NCBI GenBank assembly: GCA_963806285.1
Contig: CAWDXJ010000008.1
Location: forward strand, 102,795-166,794
DNA length: 64,000 bases
Direction: 5' to 3'
From: an uncultured Acidimicrobiales bacterium
Lineage (GTDB): Bacteria > Actinomycetota > Acidimicrobiia > Acidimicrobiales > RAAP-2
The notes under the pieces were generated by a model. That model did no database searches, was not told the origin of the DNA, and saw only the letters and a list, made by a program, of their open reading frames with translations. Position numbers and translations under genes: made by a program. Positions 1 through 11,432 of the stretch are shown one piece after another; positions within the stretch are counted from its first letter, which is position 1; each line of letters starts with the position of its first letter.

Positions 1-2998
1 CCCGACGACTTCGCCGGGACCACCGTGACCCTCACCAACCCGGGAACCCTGGGCACCGTGCAGTCCGTGCCCCGCCTGATGCCCGGGCAGGGGCTCATCG
101 TGGGCGTCGGGGCCCTGGGGGTCCCGGCCGGGTTCGAGGCGGCCGACCCGCGGACCTTGGCGGACCTGGGCATCGGCAAGACGGTGACCCTCACCTCCAC
201 CTACGACCACCGGATCATCCAGGGTGCCGAGTCGGGCCTGTTCCTCGCCCACGTGTCCGAGTGCCTGATGGGCCGGCACGGCTTCTACCAAGAGGTGTTC
301 GAGTCCCTGTCCGTCCCCTACGAGCCGGTCCGGTGGGAGAGGGACGTCAACGCCCTCGACGACGAGGGCGACGGCGCCCACCTCCGCCTGACCAAACAGG
401 TGCACGTGCAGACCCTGATCAACATGTACCGGGTCCGCGGCCACCTCATCGCCCATCTCGATCCGCTGGACGCCGAGCCGCCCGAGCTCCACCCCGAGCT
501 GGACCCGTTGCACTACGGCCTGACCATCTGGGACCTGCCCCGGCCCTTCGTCGCCGACGGGCTGGGCGGCAGGGCCATGGCCACCCTCGACGAGATCCTC
601 CACCTCCTCCGCGACGCCTACTGCCGGACCCTCGGCGTGGAGTACATGCACATCCAGGATCCCGCAGCAGAAGCGGTGGATCCAGCAGCACCTGGAGGGT
701 GTCCCCTCCGCCCTCGCGCCGGACGAGCAGCGCCACATACTCGGAAGGCTCAATGCCGCCGAGGTGTTCGAGCGGTTCCTCCACTCGCGCTACGTCGGAC
801 AGAAGCGATTCGGGCTGGAGGGCGCCGAGTCGGCCATCGTGCTCCTCGACGCAATCCTCGACGAGGCGGTGGGCGAGGGCCTGCACGAGGCGGTGATGGG
901 GATGTCCCATCGTGGCCGTCTCAACGTGCTGGCCAACATCGTGGGCAAGTCCTACGGGGAGATCTTCGAGGAGTTCGAGGGCAATCTCGATCCCGAGTCG
1001 GTGCAGGGTTCGGGCGACGTGAAGTACCACAAAGGGGCCTGTCGGGACGTTCGTCGCCCGATCCGGCGCCTCCATCCCGGTGACCGTGGCCTCCAACCCG
1101 TCCCACCTCGAGGCGGTCGACCCGGTGGTGGTGGGCATGGTCCGGGCCAAGCAGGACGCGCTGGGTGGCCAGCGGGGGAACGGGATCCGCTCCGGGGGAC
1201 GGACCGTGGAACCCCTTTCCGGTGCTTCCCATCCTCCTCCACGGGGACGCCGCCTTCGCCGGGCAGGGCGTGGTGGCGGAGACCCTCAACCTGTCCGGGC
1301 TGCCCGGCTACCGCACCGGCGGCACCGTGCACATCGTGATCAACAACCAGCTCGGCTTCACCACCGCGCCGGAGGCCGCCCGCACCTCGGTGTACCCCAC
1401 CGACGTGGCCAAGATGGTCCAGGCCCCGATCTTCCACGTGAACGGCGACGATCCCGAGGCCTGCGTCCGGGCCGCCCGCCTGGCCTTCGGCTTCCGCCAG
1501 GCCTTCCACAAGGACGTGGTCATCGACATGGTCTGCTACCGCCGGCACGGCCACAACGAGGGCGACGACCCCAGCTACACCCAGCCGCTGATGTACGCCC
1601 TCATCGAGGCCAAGCGGTCGGTGCGCAAGCTGTACACCGAGTCGCTCGTGCGACGGGGGGACATCTCGATCGAGGAGGCCGAACAGGCCCTCGACGACTT
1701 CTCCGCCCGGCTCCAGGCCGCCCTGGACGAGACCCGGGCCGAGGCCGAGGCCGGATCGGCCGACCACGACGCACCGGTCCTTCCCGTCTACGTGGTTCCC
1801 GACCTGCGGATCCCGGCCGGTGGAGACCGGTGTGGGGTCGTCCGGTGCTGTCGGGCCTGGCCGAGGCGATCGGTACCGTGCCGGAGGGGTTCGTCATCCA
1901 TCCCAAGCTGGCCCGCCAGTTCGAGCAGCGGGACAAGGTGGTCGCCGACGGCGAGATCGACTGGGCCCTCGGCGAGGCGCTGGCCATCGGCTCCCTGCTG
2001 GCGGAGGGGACCAACGTGCGGTTGACCGGGCAGGACACCCGGAGGGGCACGTTCTCCCAGCGCCATGCGGTGCTGGTCGACCACAACACCGGTGCCGAGC
2101 ACGTGCCCCTGGCCGGGCTGGAGGGCGGCCGATTCACCATCTGCGACTCCCTTCTGTCCGAGTACGCCTGCGTGGGATTCGAGTACGGCTACTCGGTGGA
2201 GGCCATCGACGATCTGGTGGCCTGGGAGGCCCAGTTCGGGGACTTCTGGAACGGCGCCGAGATCATCGTCGACAACTTCTTGGTGGCGGCCGAGGACAAG
2301 TGGGGCCAGAAGTCCGGGTTGGTGCTGCTCCTGCCCCACGGCTACGAGGGCCAGGGGCCCGAGCACTCCTCGGCCCGGATCGAGCGGTTCCTGACCCTGT
2401 GCGCCCGGGGCAACATGCGGGTGACCGAGCCCGACCACTTCGGCGCAGTACTTCCATCTGCTCCGGTCCCAGGTCAGAGGGGCCGAGCGCAGGCCGCTGA
2501 TCGTGTTCACCCCCAAGTCGCTCCTCCGGTCCCGACAGGCCCGGTCGCCGATCGCCGCGTTCACCGCGGGCTCGTTCGCCGAGGTGCTCGACGATCCCGG
2601 CGACCGCCGACGAGGACTTCGACGCCCGATGCGGTGACCCGGGTGGTGCTGTGCACCGGGCAAGGTGGCCTACGACGCCCTCGGCCGACCGCGACGAGCT
2701 GGGCGATGCGGGCAGGGGCGTGGCGGTGGTGCGGGTGGAGCAGCTCTACCCTGGCCGAAGGCGACCATCGAGGCCGTCCTCGACCGCTACCCCAATGCCA
2801 CGGGAGGTGGTCTGGCTGCAGGAGGAGCCCGAGAACATGGGGGCGTGGAACTTCGTGCACGGCCGGCTGCACCGCCTCCTGCGGGACACCCACACGCTCC
2901 GCCACGTGAGCCGGGCCGAATCGGCCAGTCCGGCGTCGGGCAGCGCCGCCCTGCACCGGCTGGAACAGGACGACCTGCTGGCCCGCTCCGTCGGCTGA
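1..2998 (+). CDS. kgd: 2-oxoglutarate dehydrogenase/decarboxylase E1 with N-terminal E2-like acyltransferase segment (Kgd/OdhA type); 5' end outside window; frame broken at least 4 times as sequenced
   Basis: E2-like tail [14 protein letters not shown], then E1 motifs [90 protein letters not shown]. Pieces lie in ORFs 25-1083, 764-1339, 1165-2025, 1080-2909 and 2651-2998. Confidence 0.9.
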
Positions 2999-3004
2999 GC
3001 ACCG

Positions 3005-3020
3005 CCGCCGGCTCCGGCGG
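3005..3020. terminator. Short GC hairpin between convergent kgd and peptidase genes (possible bidirectional terminator)
   Basis: ccgccgg-ct-ccggcgg inverted repeat immediately after the kgd stop codon; no U tract. Confidence 0.25.
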
Positions 3021-3040
3021 AGCGGTCCTGGTCGAGCGGA

Positions 3041-4391
3041 TCAGACCAGGAAGTCGTGGGCCAGGGCGATCCACATCTCGGTGGACAGATGGAGCGACTC
3101 GACGTCGACCCGCTCGTCGATGCCGTGGAACATGGCCCCGTACTCCTCGAAGCCGATGGCCCGGCTGTGCAGCCCGAACCCGTAGGCCACACTGCCGAGG
3201 GCCCGGTGGAAGCGGGCGTCGGTGGCCCCCACGGTCAGGAACGGGACGGTGCGGGCTCCCGGGTAGAACAGCCGGCTGACCCGCTCCAGCGCGTCCCACA
3301 GCGGTGTGTCGATCGGCGAGGTGGTCGACGGCTCCTCGGACCGGAAGTCGATCTCCACGTCGTCGGCCAGGTCGCCGATGACCTCGTCCAGCATGGCCCG
3401 CACGTCGGCGGTGTCCCACCCGGGCAGGGAGCGGATGTCGACGCTCGAGCTCGACCCGGTCGGGGATCACGTTGATCTTGGTCCCGGCCCGCATGACGGT
3501 CGGGGCCATCGTGGTGTGGGTGCAGGCGTGGGCCTGTCGGGCCAGGCCGACCAGGGGGAGCTCGTCGCAGAAGGCGTCGATGCGGTCGGGGTCGAGCAGC
3601 GGCTCGGCCAGCTCGGGCGGGAAGCCGATCCCCTCGATGAACCGGGTCCATGCCTCGTGCAGCTGGGCCTGGGGCCGGTACTCGTCGATCCGACGGACCA
3701 CCTCGGCCGCCTTGACCAGGGCGTTGTCGGTCCGCAAGGGCTGGCTGCCGTGGCCCGGCGTGCCCCTGACGGTGAGGACGCACCAGTAGACGCCCTTCTC
3801 ACCGACGATCACCGGCAGCCGGGTGGTGCCGTCGGCTCCGCCCATCGGGAAGCCCCCCGACTCGGTGATGACGTAGTCGGAGTTGACCTCGTCGGCGGCG
3901 TGCTGGCACAGCCACTTGGCCCCGTGGGTGCCGAGTGCCTCCTCGTCGGCCACGGCCATGTAGGTGAGGTCCCCGGCGGGCCGGAAACCGCTCGGTGCCA
4001 GGTGGCGGATGCCGGTGGCCATGGTGGCGGTGAGGTTGAGCATGTCGATGGCCCCACGTCCCCACACCACGCCGTCGATCAGCTCGCCGCCGAAGGGGTC
4101 GTGGCGCCAGTCGTCGGCGTTGGCCGGCACCACGTCGGTGTGGCCCGAGCAGCGTCAGTGACGGCGCCGTGGGGTCGGAGCCCTGGATCTTCGCCACCAG
4201 CGACGTCCGGCCCGGCTCGGGCTCGAAGGTCTCGATGTCGACGCCCGGAGCCCTCGAGGTAGCCGCCGGAGCAGGTCGGCGCTGCGGTGCTCATGCCCCG
4301 AGGCGGCCGTGCCGTCGTTGACGCACCGGTTCCGGATCAGGTGCTGCAGCAGGTCGGTGGCCTCGCCGGTCCGGCTGCTCTCCGAGGCCAC
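3041..4391 (-). CDS. M20-family metallopeptidase (ArgE/DapE/dipeptidase-like); at least 2 frame changes as sequenced
   Basis: Minus-strand pieces 4155-4391, 2787-4133 and 3041-3403: LLQHLIRNRCVNDG, WGRGAIDMLN, YVITESGG, RGTPGHGSQP, MRAGTKINVIPD, GATDARF...FHGIDERV. Confidence 0.8.
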
Positions 4392-4505
4392 CGGCCCATC
4401 CTAGGGTGCCGACCCGGTGTCGGATCCGGGCGGCCGGACGCCTCGGCCGCGCGACCGGGCATGGTCGGAGATCGCACCTGGTCAGATGGTTGACTGTGGT
4501 CCGCT

Positions 4506-5811
4506 ATGGAACAGGATCTCCCCGAACGCCGGCGGATCGTCGTCGACGGGTCCAACATCGCCACCGAGGGCCGGAGCCTTCCCAGCCTGGCCCAGCTCGA
4601 CGAGGCCATCCGGAGCTTCCTCGAGGAGTACCGCGGCTTCACCACCTCGGACGTCACCGTGGTGGTCGACGCCTCCTTCGGCCACCGGATCGACCCCTCC
4701 GAGGTGGCCGCCTTCGAGCAGGCGGTGGAGCACGGCGAGATGATCACGCCGCCGGCCGGCGCCAGTGGGCGGGGGGACGGGTTCATCCTGCGCATCGCCG
4801 AGAAGTCGGGCGCGCTGGTCCTGTCCAACGACTCCTTCCAGGAGTTCCATGCCGAACGGCCGTGGCTGTTCGAGCCGGGTCGGCTCATCGGCGGCAAGCC
4901 GGTGCCCGGCGTGGGCTGGATCTTCACCCCCGGACGCCGGTGCGAGGGGCGAAGAGCCGGTCGGTGACCACCAAGTCGAGGCGGCAGGCGGTCCGCCGAC
5001 GGCGACGGGGCCTCGGCTCCGATCGACGGTGACGACGAGCGGTCCGAGGCGGAATCCGACGGTGTGACGCCACGTCGCGGGGCCAAGGCCACCAAGGCGG
5101 CGAAGGCCACCAAGACGGCCGAGGCCGCCAAGGTCGCCAAGACGGTGGAGCGACCAAGACGGCCAAGGCCGCCAAGACGGCGAAGGCCGCCAAGACGGCC
5201 AAGGCCACCAAGACGGCCAAGGCCGCCAAGACCACCGAAGGCCGCCAAGGCCACCAAGAGCCGCCAAGGAGGCCAAGGCGGACAAACCCGCCAAGGCCGC
5301 CAAGGCGACCAAGGCCGCCAAGACCCCGAACGCCGCCAAGGTCGCCAAGATCCCCAAGGCGGCCAAGGCGGACAAACCCGCCAAGGCCACCAAGACGGCG
5401 AAGACCGCCCCGGTCGACAAGCCGACCAAGGCGTCCAGGTCGGCCAAGCCGGCGAAATCGGCGAGGGGGGCCGGGTCGCCGGCAGCGGAGGCTTCCCTCA
5501 CGGCGGACGGGCACGCGCCGGCGGGCACCCGGCGGGCGCCCGAGGCCCTCAACGACCCGATGACGCTTCCTCACCTTCGTGGCCGACCATCCGGTGGGCA
5601 GCACGTTCGACGGCACGGTCGTGTCGTTCACCTCCCACGGCGCCCACGTCGACGTCGGCGGCATGCTCTGCCACGTCCCTCTGCGGGACTGGCCGGCCCG
5701 CCTCCCAAGAAGGCCCGCCAGGTGCTGACCAAGGGTGAGGCGCGACCGTTCGTGCTGGTGTCCCTGGATGCCGGCCGACGGACGGGCCGAGCTGGCACTT
5801 CCGGGGGTTGA
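4506..5811 (+). CDS. Zc3h12a/NYN-type (PIN-like) ribonuclease domain + Lys/Ala-rich repeat tail + S1/OB RNA-binding domain; repeat and S1 parts change frame as sequenced
   Basis: Intact N-terminus IVVDGSNIATEG...VTVVVDASFGH...GDGFILRIAEKSGALVLSNDSFQEF parallels the DGSNVA...VSND motifs of Zc3h12a RNases. Middle part is KAAKATKTAK repeats. C-terminus is VGSTFDGTVVSFTSHGAHVDVGGMLCHVPL...KGEARPFVLVSLD. Confidence 0.7.
5080..5460 (+). repeat. Coding low-complexity Lys/Ala (KAAKxTK) repeat region, histone-H1/HupB-tail-like
   Basis: Reiterated gccaaggcc/accaagacg units. A longer direct repeat, aaggcggacaaacccgccaaggcc, occurs at about 5274 and 5364. Confidence 0.85.
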
Positions 5812-5888
5812 GGGGTGACGGCCTGACAGGACGGCCGGGCACCGGCGAGGAGTCCGCCGGGCCCACCGGACCGATATCCTCGGCAGTC

Positions 5889-6325
5889 GTGCGAGCCGAA
5901 GACTACCTGCCTCACCGCGATCCGTTCCTCTTCGTGACCGAGCTGCGATCCGTCGAGCCCGGTCAGTCGGCCACCGGCAGTTGGCAGCTGACCGGCGACG
6001 AGGCGTTCTTCGCCGGTCACTTCCCCGGCCGGCCGACCCTTCCCGGGGTGCTGATGGTCGAGGCGCTGGCCCAGCTGGGCGGCGTGGCCGTCCTGGCCGA
6101 TCCCAGCTTCGCCGGCAAGCTGCCCGCTGTTCGGCGGCATCGAGCGGGCCCGGTTCCGCCGCCAGGTGGTCCCCGGCGACCTGCTCGAGCTCGAGGTCAC
6201 CCTGGGCCGGATGTCGGCCCGGGCCGGCAAGGGGACCGGGACGGGCCACGGTCGGCGGCGAGTGGCCTGCCAGGCCGAGCTCCTCTTCGTACTGGTCGAC
6301 TCGGCCCCGCCCGGCGCCGAGCTGA
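5889..6325 (+). CDS. fabZ: 3-hydroxyacyl-ACP dehydratase FabZ; local compensating frame changes; start and stop approximate
   Basis: HRDPFLFVTEL, FFAGHFPGRPTLPGVLMVEALAQLGG, RFRRQVVPGDLLELEV, VACQAELLFVLV. Pieces in ORFs 5808-7043, 5981-6325 and 6166-6837. Confidence 0.75.
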
Positions 6326-6339
6326 TCGCCGGTCGCGAC

Positions 6340-7123
6340 GTGCGCATCGCCACCTGGAACGTCAATTCACTGACGGCCCGGCTCCCCCGGGTGGAGGAGT
6401 GGATCGCGCTACGCCCAGCCCGACGTCCTCTGCCTCCAGGAGACCAAGCAGGCCGATGCGGCCTTTCCCCACGGAGCGTTCGCCGCCCTCGGCTACGAGA
6501 CCGCCCACCACGGCGACGGACGGTGGAACGGCGTGGCCATCGTCAGCCGGGTGGGGCTGGAGGACGTGTCGACCGGGATGGGCTCGGACGACGATGCGCA
6601 GGGGACCCGGCTGGTCGCCGCCGACTGCGGCGGTGTGCGGGTGCACTCGGTCTACGTGCCCAACGGGCGCAGCCTCGACAGCGAGCAGTACCCGGCCAAG
6701 CTGGCCTGGCTGGCCCGCCTGCGGGCCCTGCTCGACGAGACGAGCGCGCCCGACCGCCCGGTGGCGGTGTGCGGCGACTTCAACGTGGCTCCCGAGGACC
6801 GGGACGTGTGGGATCCGTCCGCAGTTCGTGGGCATGACCCACGTCAGCCCGCCGGAGCGGGAGGCGCTGGCCGCGCTCGAGTCGTGGGGCCTGGTCGACG
6901 CCTTCCGCCGCCTCTACGACGACGACAGGCTGTTCACCTGGTGGGACTACCGGGCCGGTTCGTTCCACAAGCACCAGGGGATGCGGATCGACCTCATCCT
7001 GGTGACCGAGGTGCTCGCCCGCACCGGACGAGCTATGGCCTGATCGACCGGAACGCCCGCAAGGGTGAGAAGCCCTCGGATCACGCCCCGGTGTTCATCG
7101 ACACCGACACCGAACCGTCCTGA
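6340..7123 (+). CDS. xthA: Exodeoxyribonuclease III (AP endonuclease); frame broken as sequenced
   Basis: GTG-RIATWNVNSLTARL, DVLCLQETK, GDFNVAPEDRDVWDP, FTWWDYRAGSFHKHQGMRIDL, KPSDHAPVFID. Confidence 0.85.
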
Positions 7124-8826
7124 GCGCCCCGTCCGTCAGCGGTTCGAGGCCGGCCCGGATCTCGGCGATCCGGTCCCCGGCGCTCCGCGGGGCGGCGCCG
7201 TGCCCGTCCCGGTCCTCGACGACCCGGGCCACCGCGGCCAGCCACGGCGAGGGCTGACGCTCCACCGCCGGCCGCCGCCCATCGCCGGCGCACGCGGGCC
7301 CACGAGCAGTGCAGGTCCCGCGAGGCCCGGGTGAGGGCCACGTAGAGCAGCCGGCGCTCCTCGGCCCGGGCATCGGAGCGACTGGGCATGGACGATGGGG
7401 ACGAACCCGTCCTCCAGGCCCGACGACGCAGACCGAGGTCCCACTCGAGGCCCTTGGCCCGGTGGAAGGTGGCCAACTCGACGGCGTCGTCCGCCCCCGT
7501 CGACCCGGCCGCACGACTGCTCCGGCCCGGCCCCGCCGCTCCGGTCCGCCCACGCCATTCCGGCGCGCTCGGCCCGGGCCGGGCTCGCCGGTCGGGCCTC
7601 CGGGCCCGGGGCGATCCGGTGGGGGATGCCGGCCCGGGCCAGGGCCCGGCGCACCACGGCCAGCTGGTCGTTGGTGCGGGCCAGCACGGCCTGTTCCGAC
7701 CAGGGCACGCCCGTCGTCGACCGGTGGCCAGCAGGCGCGACCACACCCTTCGGCCTCGGCGATCTCGTCGTCGTAGGCGGTGACCACCGGCATCGGGCCG
7801 TCGGCGGCACCGCCGAGCGGGGAGGAGCGGTCGCCGATCGGCCCAGGGCCGCCGCCGCCGCCGCCACCACCTGGGGCGTCGACCGGTGGTTCTCGTCCAG
7901 GCGGACCACCTCCATGCCCGGGACCAGGTCGGGCAGGCGGGCGAGCAGGCGCGGGTCGGCCCCGTTCCATCCGTAGATGGCCTGGTTCGGGTCGCCGACC
8001 GCGCAGAGGTCGACGCCGGTCCCCAGCAGGGCGCGGATCAGCCGGAACTGGGCCGGGTTCACGTCCTGGAACTCGTCGACCGAGAGGTGCCGGTACCGCC
8101 ATCGCACGCCGCTCGGCGAAGCCGGCGTCGTCGTCGGAGCAGGTCGGCCGGCCCGGATCAGGACGTCGTCGAGGTCGAGCAGTGCCGCCGGCGTCGCAGC
8201 GACGCCTCGTAGGCGGCGAACGCCTCCGCCACCTGGTCGACGGCGACGCCGCCGGGCGGCCCGCGAGTCGCGCGCGCCTCGGCGTAGGAGTCCGGGGTCA
8301 GACAGTTGGCCTTGGCCCAGCCGATCTCGGTGTCGACGACCGAGGCGCTCGACCGGGTCCCCGACGAGGTCGCGGATGATCCGGAACCGGTGCTCGGCCA
8401 CCACCGGCGGGGCCGCGCCGGCATCGAGAGGCGTGGCGCCGGAGCAGGGTCGAGGGCCAGCTGGTGGAGCGTGCCGGCCCGGACGCCCGGTCCCGGTGAC
8501 GCCACCGGCGCCGCCGGGCGTGGACACGGCGACGCCGTAGAGGCGCAGGCGATGGCGGAGCTCGTGGGCCGCCTTGCGGGTGAACGTGCACATCGACGGT
8601 GTGGTCGGCGTCGGCCGAGCCGTCCCGGATCCGGCGGGCGGCCCGCAGGGTGAGCACCCGGGTCTTCCCCGAGCCGGCCCCGGCCACGATGCACAGGGCG
8701 CGGACTCGGGCGAGTCGACGGCCGGCGCTGGGTCCCGGTCAGGGTCGGCCACGGCCCGCTCGAAGTGCGCCGTCGGCCGCGGTGCCGGCGTCCGACTCGG
8801 ACCGCCGCTGACTCCCGTGGTTCCAC
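7095..8826 (-). CDS. UvrD/Rep-family ATP-dependent DNA helicase (short form, about 550-575 aa); multiple frame changes; start uncertain (8756-8826)
   Basis: Walker A AGAGSGKTRVLT, LSVDEFQDVNPAQFRLI, AVGDPNQAIYGWNGADP, DENHRSTPQV, FHRAKGLEWD, RRLLYVALTRA, spread over three minus-strand frames. Confidence 0.75.
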
Positions 8827-8831
8827 GGGAG
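8812..8831. promoter_or_regulatory. 20-bp near-perfect palindrome in the helicase/hydrolase divergent control region
   Basis: ctcccgtgg-tt-ccacgggag (9-bp arms), 14 nt upstream of a TAGGGT -10-like box. Confidence 0.3.
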
Positions 8832-8844
8832 GTGAGGCTATCGG

Positions 8845-8850
8845 TAGGGT
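8845..8850 (+). promoter_or_regulatory. -10-like TAGGGT hexamer; GTG at 8857 lies 6 nt downstream (leaderless start candidate)
   Basis: cggTAGGGTgtgccgGTGctgaag. Confidence 0.35.
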
Positions 8851-9695
8851 GTGCCGGTGCTGAAGTCGTTCGCCGGCGGTCGCCTGTTCGGCGGGACATG
8901 GGGGACGGGGGTGCCGACGGTGCTCGCCCTCCACGGCTGGCGGCGCACCCACCACGACTTCTCCGCCGTGTCTTCGGCGATCCGACGACCCGGTCCGACG
9001 GATCAGCGCCGTCGGCCCCGACCTGTTCGGGTTCGGGGCCACCCCGCCGCCACCGGAGGCCTGGGGCACCGACGAGTACGCCCGGCAACTGCTCCCGCTG
9101 TTCGAGGAGCCAGGGCTGCTGGCCGACCGGGTGGTCGTGGTCGGGCACTCGTTCGGCGGCCGGGTGGCCGTCCGTCTCGCACGCCCTGGTCCCGGATCGG
9201 ATCGAGCGGATGGTGCTGTACCGGCGTCCCCCTCCTCGATCGCCAGGGCCGGCGCGGTCCGGCCGGCCGCGGCCTACCGGCTGGCCCGCCGGCTCCACCG
9301 GATGGGCCTGATCGGCGACGACCGGATGGAGGCGATGCAAGGAACCGGTACGGGTCCCCCGACTACCGGGCGGCCCAGGGGGTCATGCGCGAGCGTGTTC
9401 GTGCGGATGCTGGCCGAGCAGTACGCCGACGAGATGGCCGCCATCGGGTGCCCGGTCGATCTGGTGTGGGGCGAGCAGGACACCGAGGTGCCCGGTCGAG
9501 GTGGCGCGTCCGGGCCCGGCCGCTGTTCCCCTCGGCCGACCGTGGCCGTCCTGCCCGGCGTCGGCCACCTGGCCCCGACCGAGGCGCCCGGACCGGCTCC
9601 GCCAGGTGCATCGGCGGGCCAGGTGCCGGGACCCCGGTCCACGGAGCACCGACCGGACGCCATCGACGAGGATCCGATGGCCGGCGACCCCGTGA
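8851..9695 (+). CDS. Alpha/beta-fold hydrolase; frame changes; end approximate
   Basis: VLALHGWRRTHHDF, nucleophile elbow VVVVGHSFGG, C-terminal LPGVGHLAP. Pieces in ORFs 8851-10113, 9131-10846 and 9501-9695. Confidence 0.6.
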
Positions 9696-9755
9696 GCGCG
9701 GCGACAGGTCGCTCCCGCTGGCTCTCGCCTGGACGCGTCCCGATTCCACCGCGGC

Positions 9756-11340
9756 GTGGCCTGGGTCACCGTCGCCGCTTGCGTGGCCGCCTGTGTGCCG
9801 GCCGGCCTGCGATGGCTGCGGGTGGCCCAGCGGGAGCACTACCTGGCCGGCTCGGCGACCCGTTTCGCCGTCCGCTGGTGGCGGTCGACGCCCGCCGACC
9901 TGGCCTCGGCCACTGGTGGCCGTGGCCGCGGCGGCGGCGTCGGTCCGGCTGGCCGATCGCCGGGGTGGCGACCGCCGTGCGTGGTGGCCGCGGCCCGCTC
10001 GGCCTGTCCGCTGCGGGGACGGACCTCGCCGCTGGCCTGGACCCGGCGCCTGCGGACGCTGGCGGCGGCGTGGGCGCTGGTCGAGGTCGTGGTGGTGGCC
10101 ATCGGCGTGGTGACCGGGCTGGCCGCGCCCCTGGCGGTCGTGGCGGTCGCTGGCCGTTCCCCTGGTGGTGGACCTGGCCTGCTGGTCACCGCTCCCCTGG
10201 AGCGCCGGCTGTCGGCTCACTTCGTCGACGGGGCCGCCGCCCGGCTGCAGCGGGTCGACCCGACGGTGGTGGCGCATCACCGGGTCGTTCGGGAAGACGT
10301 CGACCAAGGGTCATATCGCCCACCTGGTCCGGCCGCACCCGCACGGTGGTGGCCACCCCGGCCAGCTTCAACAACCGGGCCGGACTGGCCCGGGCCGATC
10401 AACGAGCACCTGGCCGACGGCACCGAGGTGTTCGTGGCCGAGATGGGCACCTACGGCCCGGGGGAGATCGCCGACCTGTGCCGTTGGTGCCCGCCCGACA
10501 TCGCGGTGATCACCGCCATCGGACCGGTCCACCTCGAGCGCTTCGGCTCCGAGGACCGCATCGTCGAGGCCAAGTCCGAGATCATCGAGCCGGCCGAGGA
10601 CGTCGTGCTGCCGGTGGACGACGCCGCCTGGCCGCGGTGGCCGACCGTGCCGCAGGCGCAGGGGAAGCGGGTGCTCCGGTGTTCGGCCGTCGACCGGTCC
10701 GCCGGGGTCTGCGTGGTGCGCAGCGGCGACGGATCCCGGGTGTCGGCCTCCGCCCACGGCGTCGGTGCTGGCCGAGGACGTCGCCATGCCCACGGGCGTC
10801 CAGCCCACCAACCTGGCCTGCGCCATCGCCGTGGCCCTGGTCCTGAGGTGGACCCGGCCGTCATCGGCGCCCGGCTGCGACGACCTCCCACCGGTCGACC
10901 ACCGGCTCTGCAGGCGGTGCGGTCGGCGTCGGGAGTGACCATCCTGGACGACACCTACAACTCCAATCCGGCCGGGGCCACCGCGGCGTTGGCCGCCCTG
11001 GCGGCATCGGGCCGGCGGGGCCGGCCGGTGCGGATGCCGACCCGGCCCGGCCGCATCGGTTGGCGGTGGTGACGCCGGGCATGGTCGAGCTCGGGTCGCG
11101 CCAATTCGAGGAGAACCGGCGCGTTCGGTGCCGCCAGCGGCCGCGGTGGCCACCGACCTGGTCGTCGTGGGCCGGACCAACCGGCGGGCGCTGATGGCCG
11201 GGCTGGCCTCGTCGACGGATCGGCGACCGAGGTCCGCCTGGTCGCGCGATCGTGACCAGGCGGTCGAGTGGGTGCGGGAGCACCTCGGCCCGGGTGACGC
11301 CGTGTTGTACGAGAACGATCTGCCGGACCACTACCCTTGA
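9756..11340 (+). CDS. Mur-ligase-family protein, MurF-like C-terminal half, with hydrophobic N-terminal membrane segment replacing the usual MurF N-domain; several frame changes
   Basis: Hydrophobic N-terminus (WVTVAACVAACVPAGL, LAAAWALVEVVVVAIGVVTGLAAPLAVVAVA). P-loop ITGSFGKTSTKGHIAHLV, FVAEMGTYGPGEIADLC, AVITAIGPVHLERFGS, ILDDTYNSNPAGATAALAAL, C-terminal end GDAVLYENDLPDHYP. Confidence 0.65.
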
Positions 11341-11432
11341 AAAGCCGAGCCCGGCCGGCCCGGGCCCTCGCCGGTGGCGTTCGACCACAGCCGTCGCAAT
11401 CCACAGCCGCCGACCGGAGGAGTCCAGCCACC

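Noticed and set aside
5080-5460. Tandem repeat tracts (this one and those at 15924, 19712, 23200, 24996, 30590, 37111, 40152, 41236 and 47595) considered as possible CRISPR arrays.
   Set aside because: Units are 8-30 bp and directly abutting, with no unique spacers. No cas genes are present, and most tracts are in frame inside coding sequence.
5889-7123. Apparent FabZ-exonuclease III fusion: no stop codon between them in frame 6166-6837.
   Set aside because: The FabZ region already shows compensating indels. An out-of-frame TGA at 6323-6325 would end FabZ normally after a 1-nt correction, and xthA has its own GTG-RIATWNVN start.
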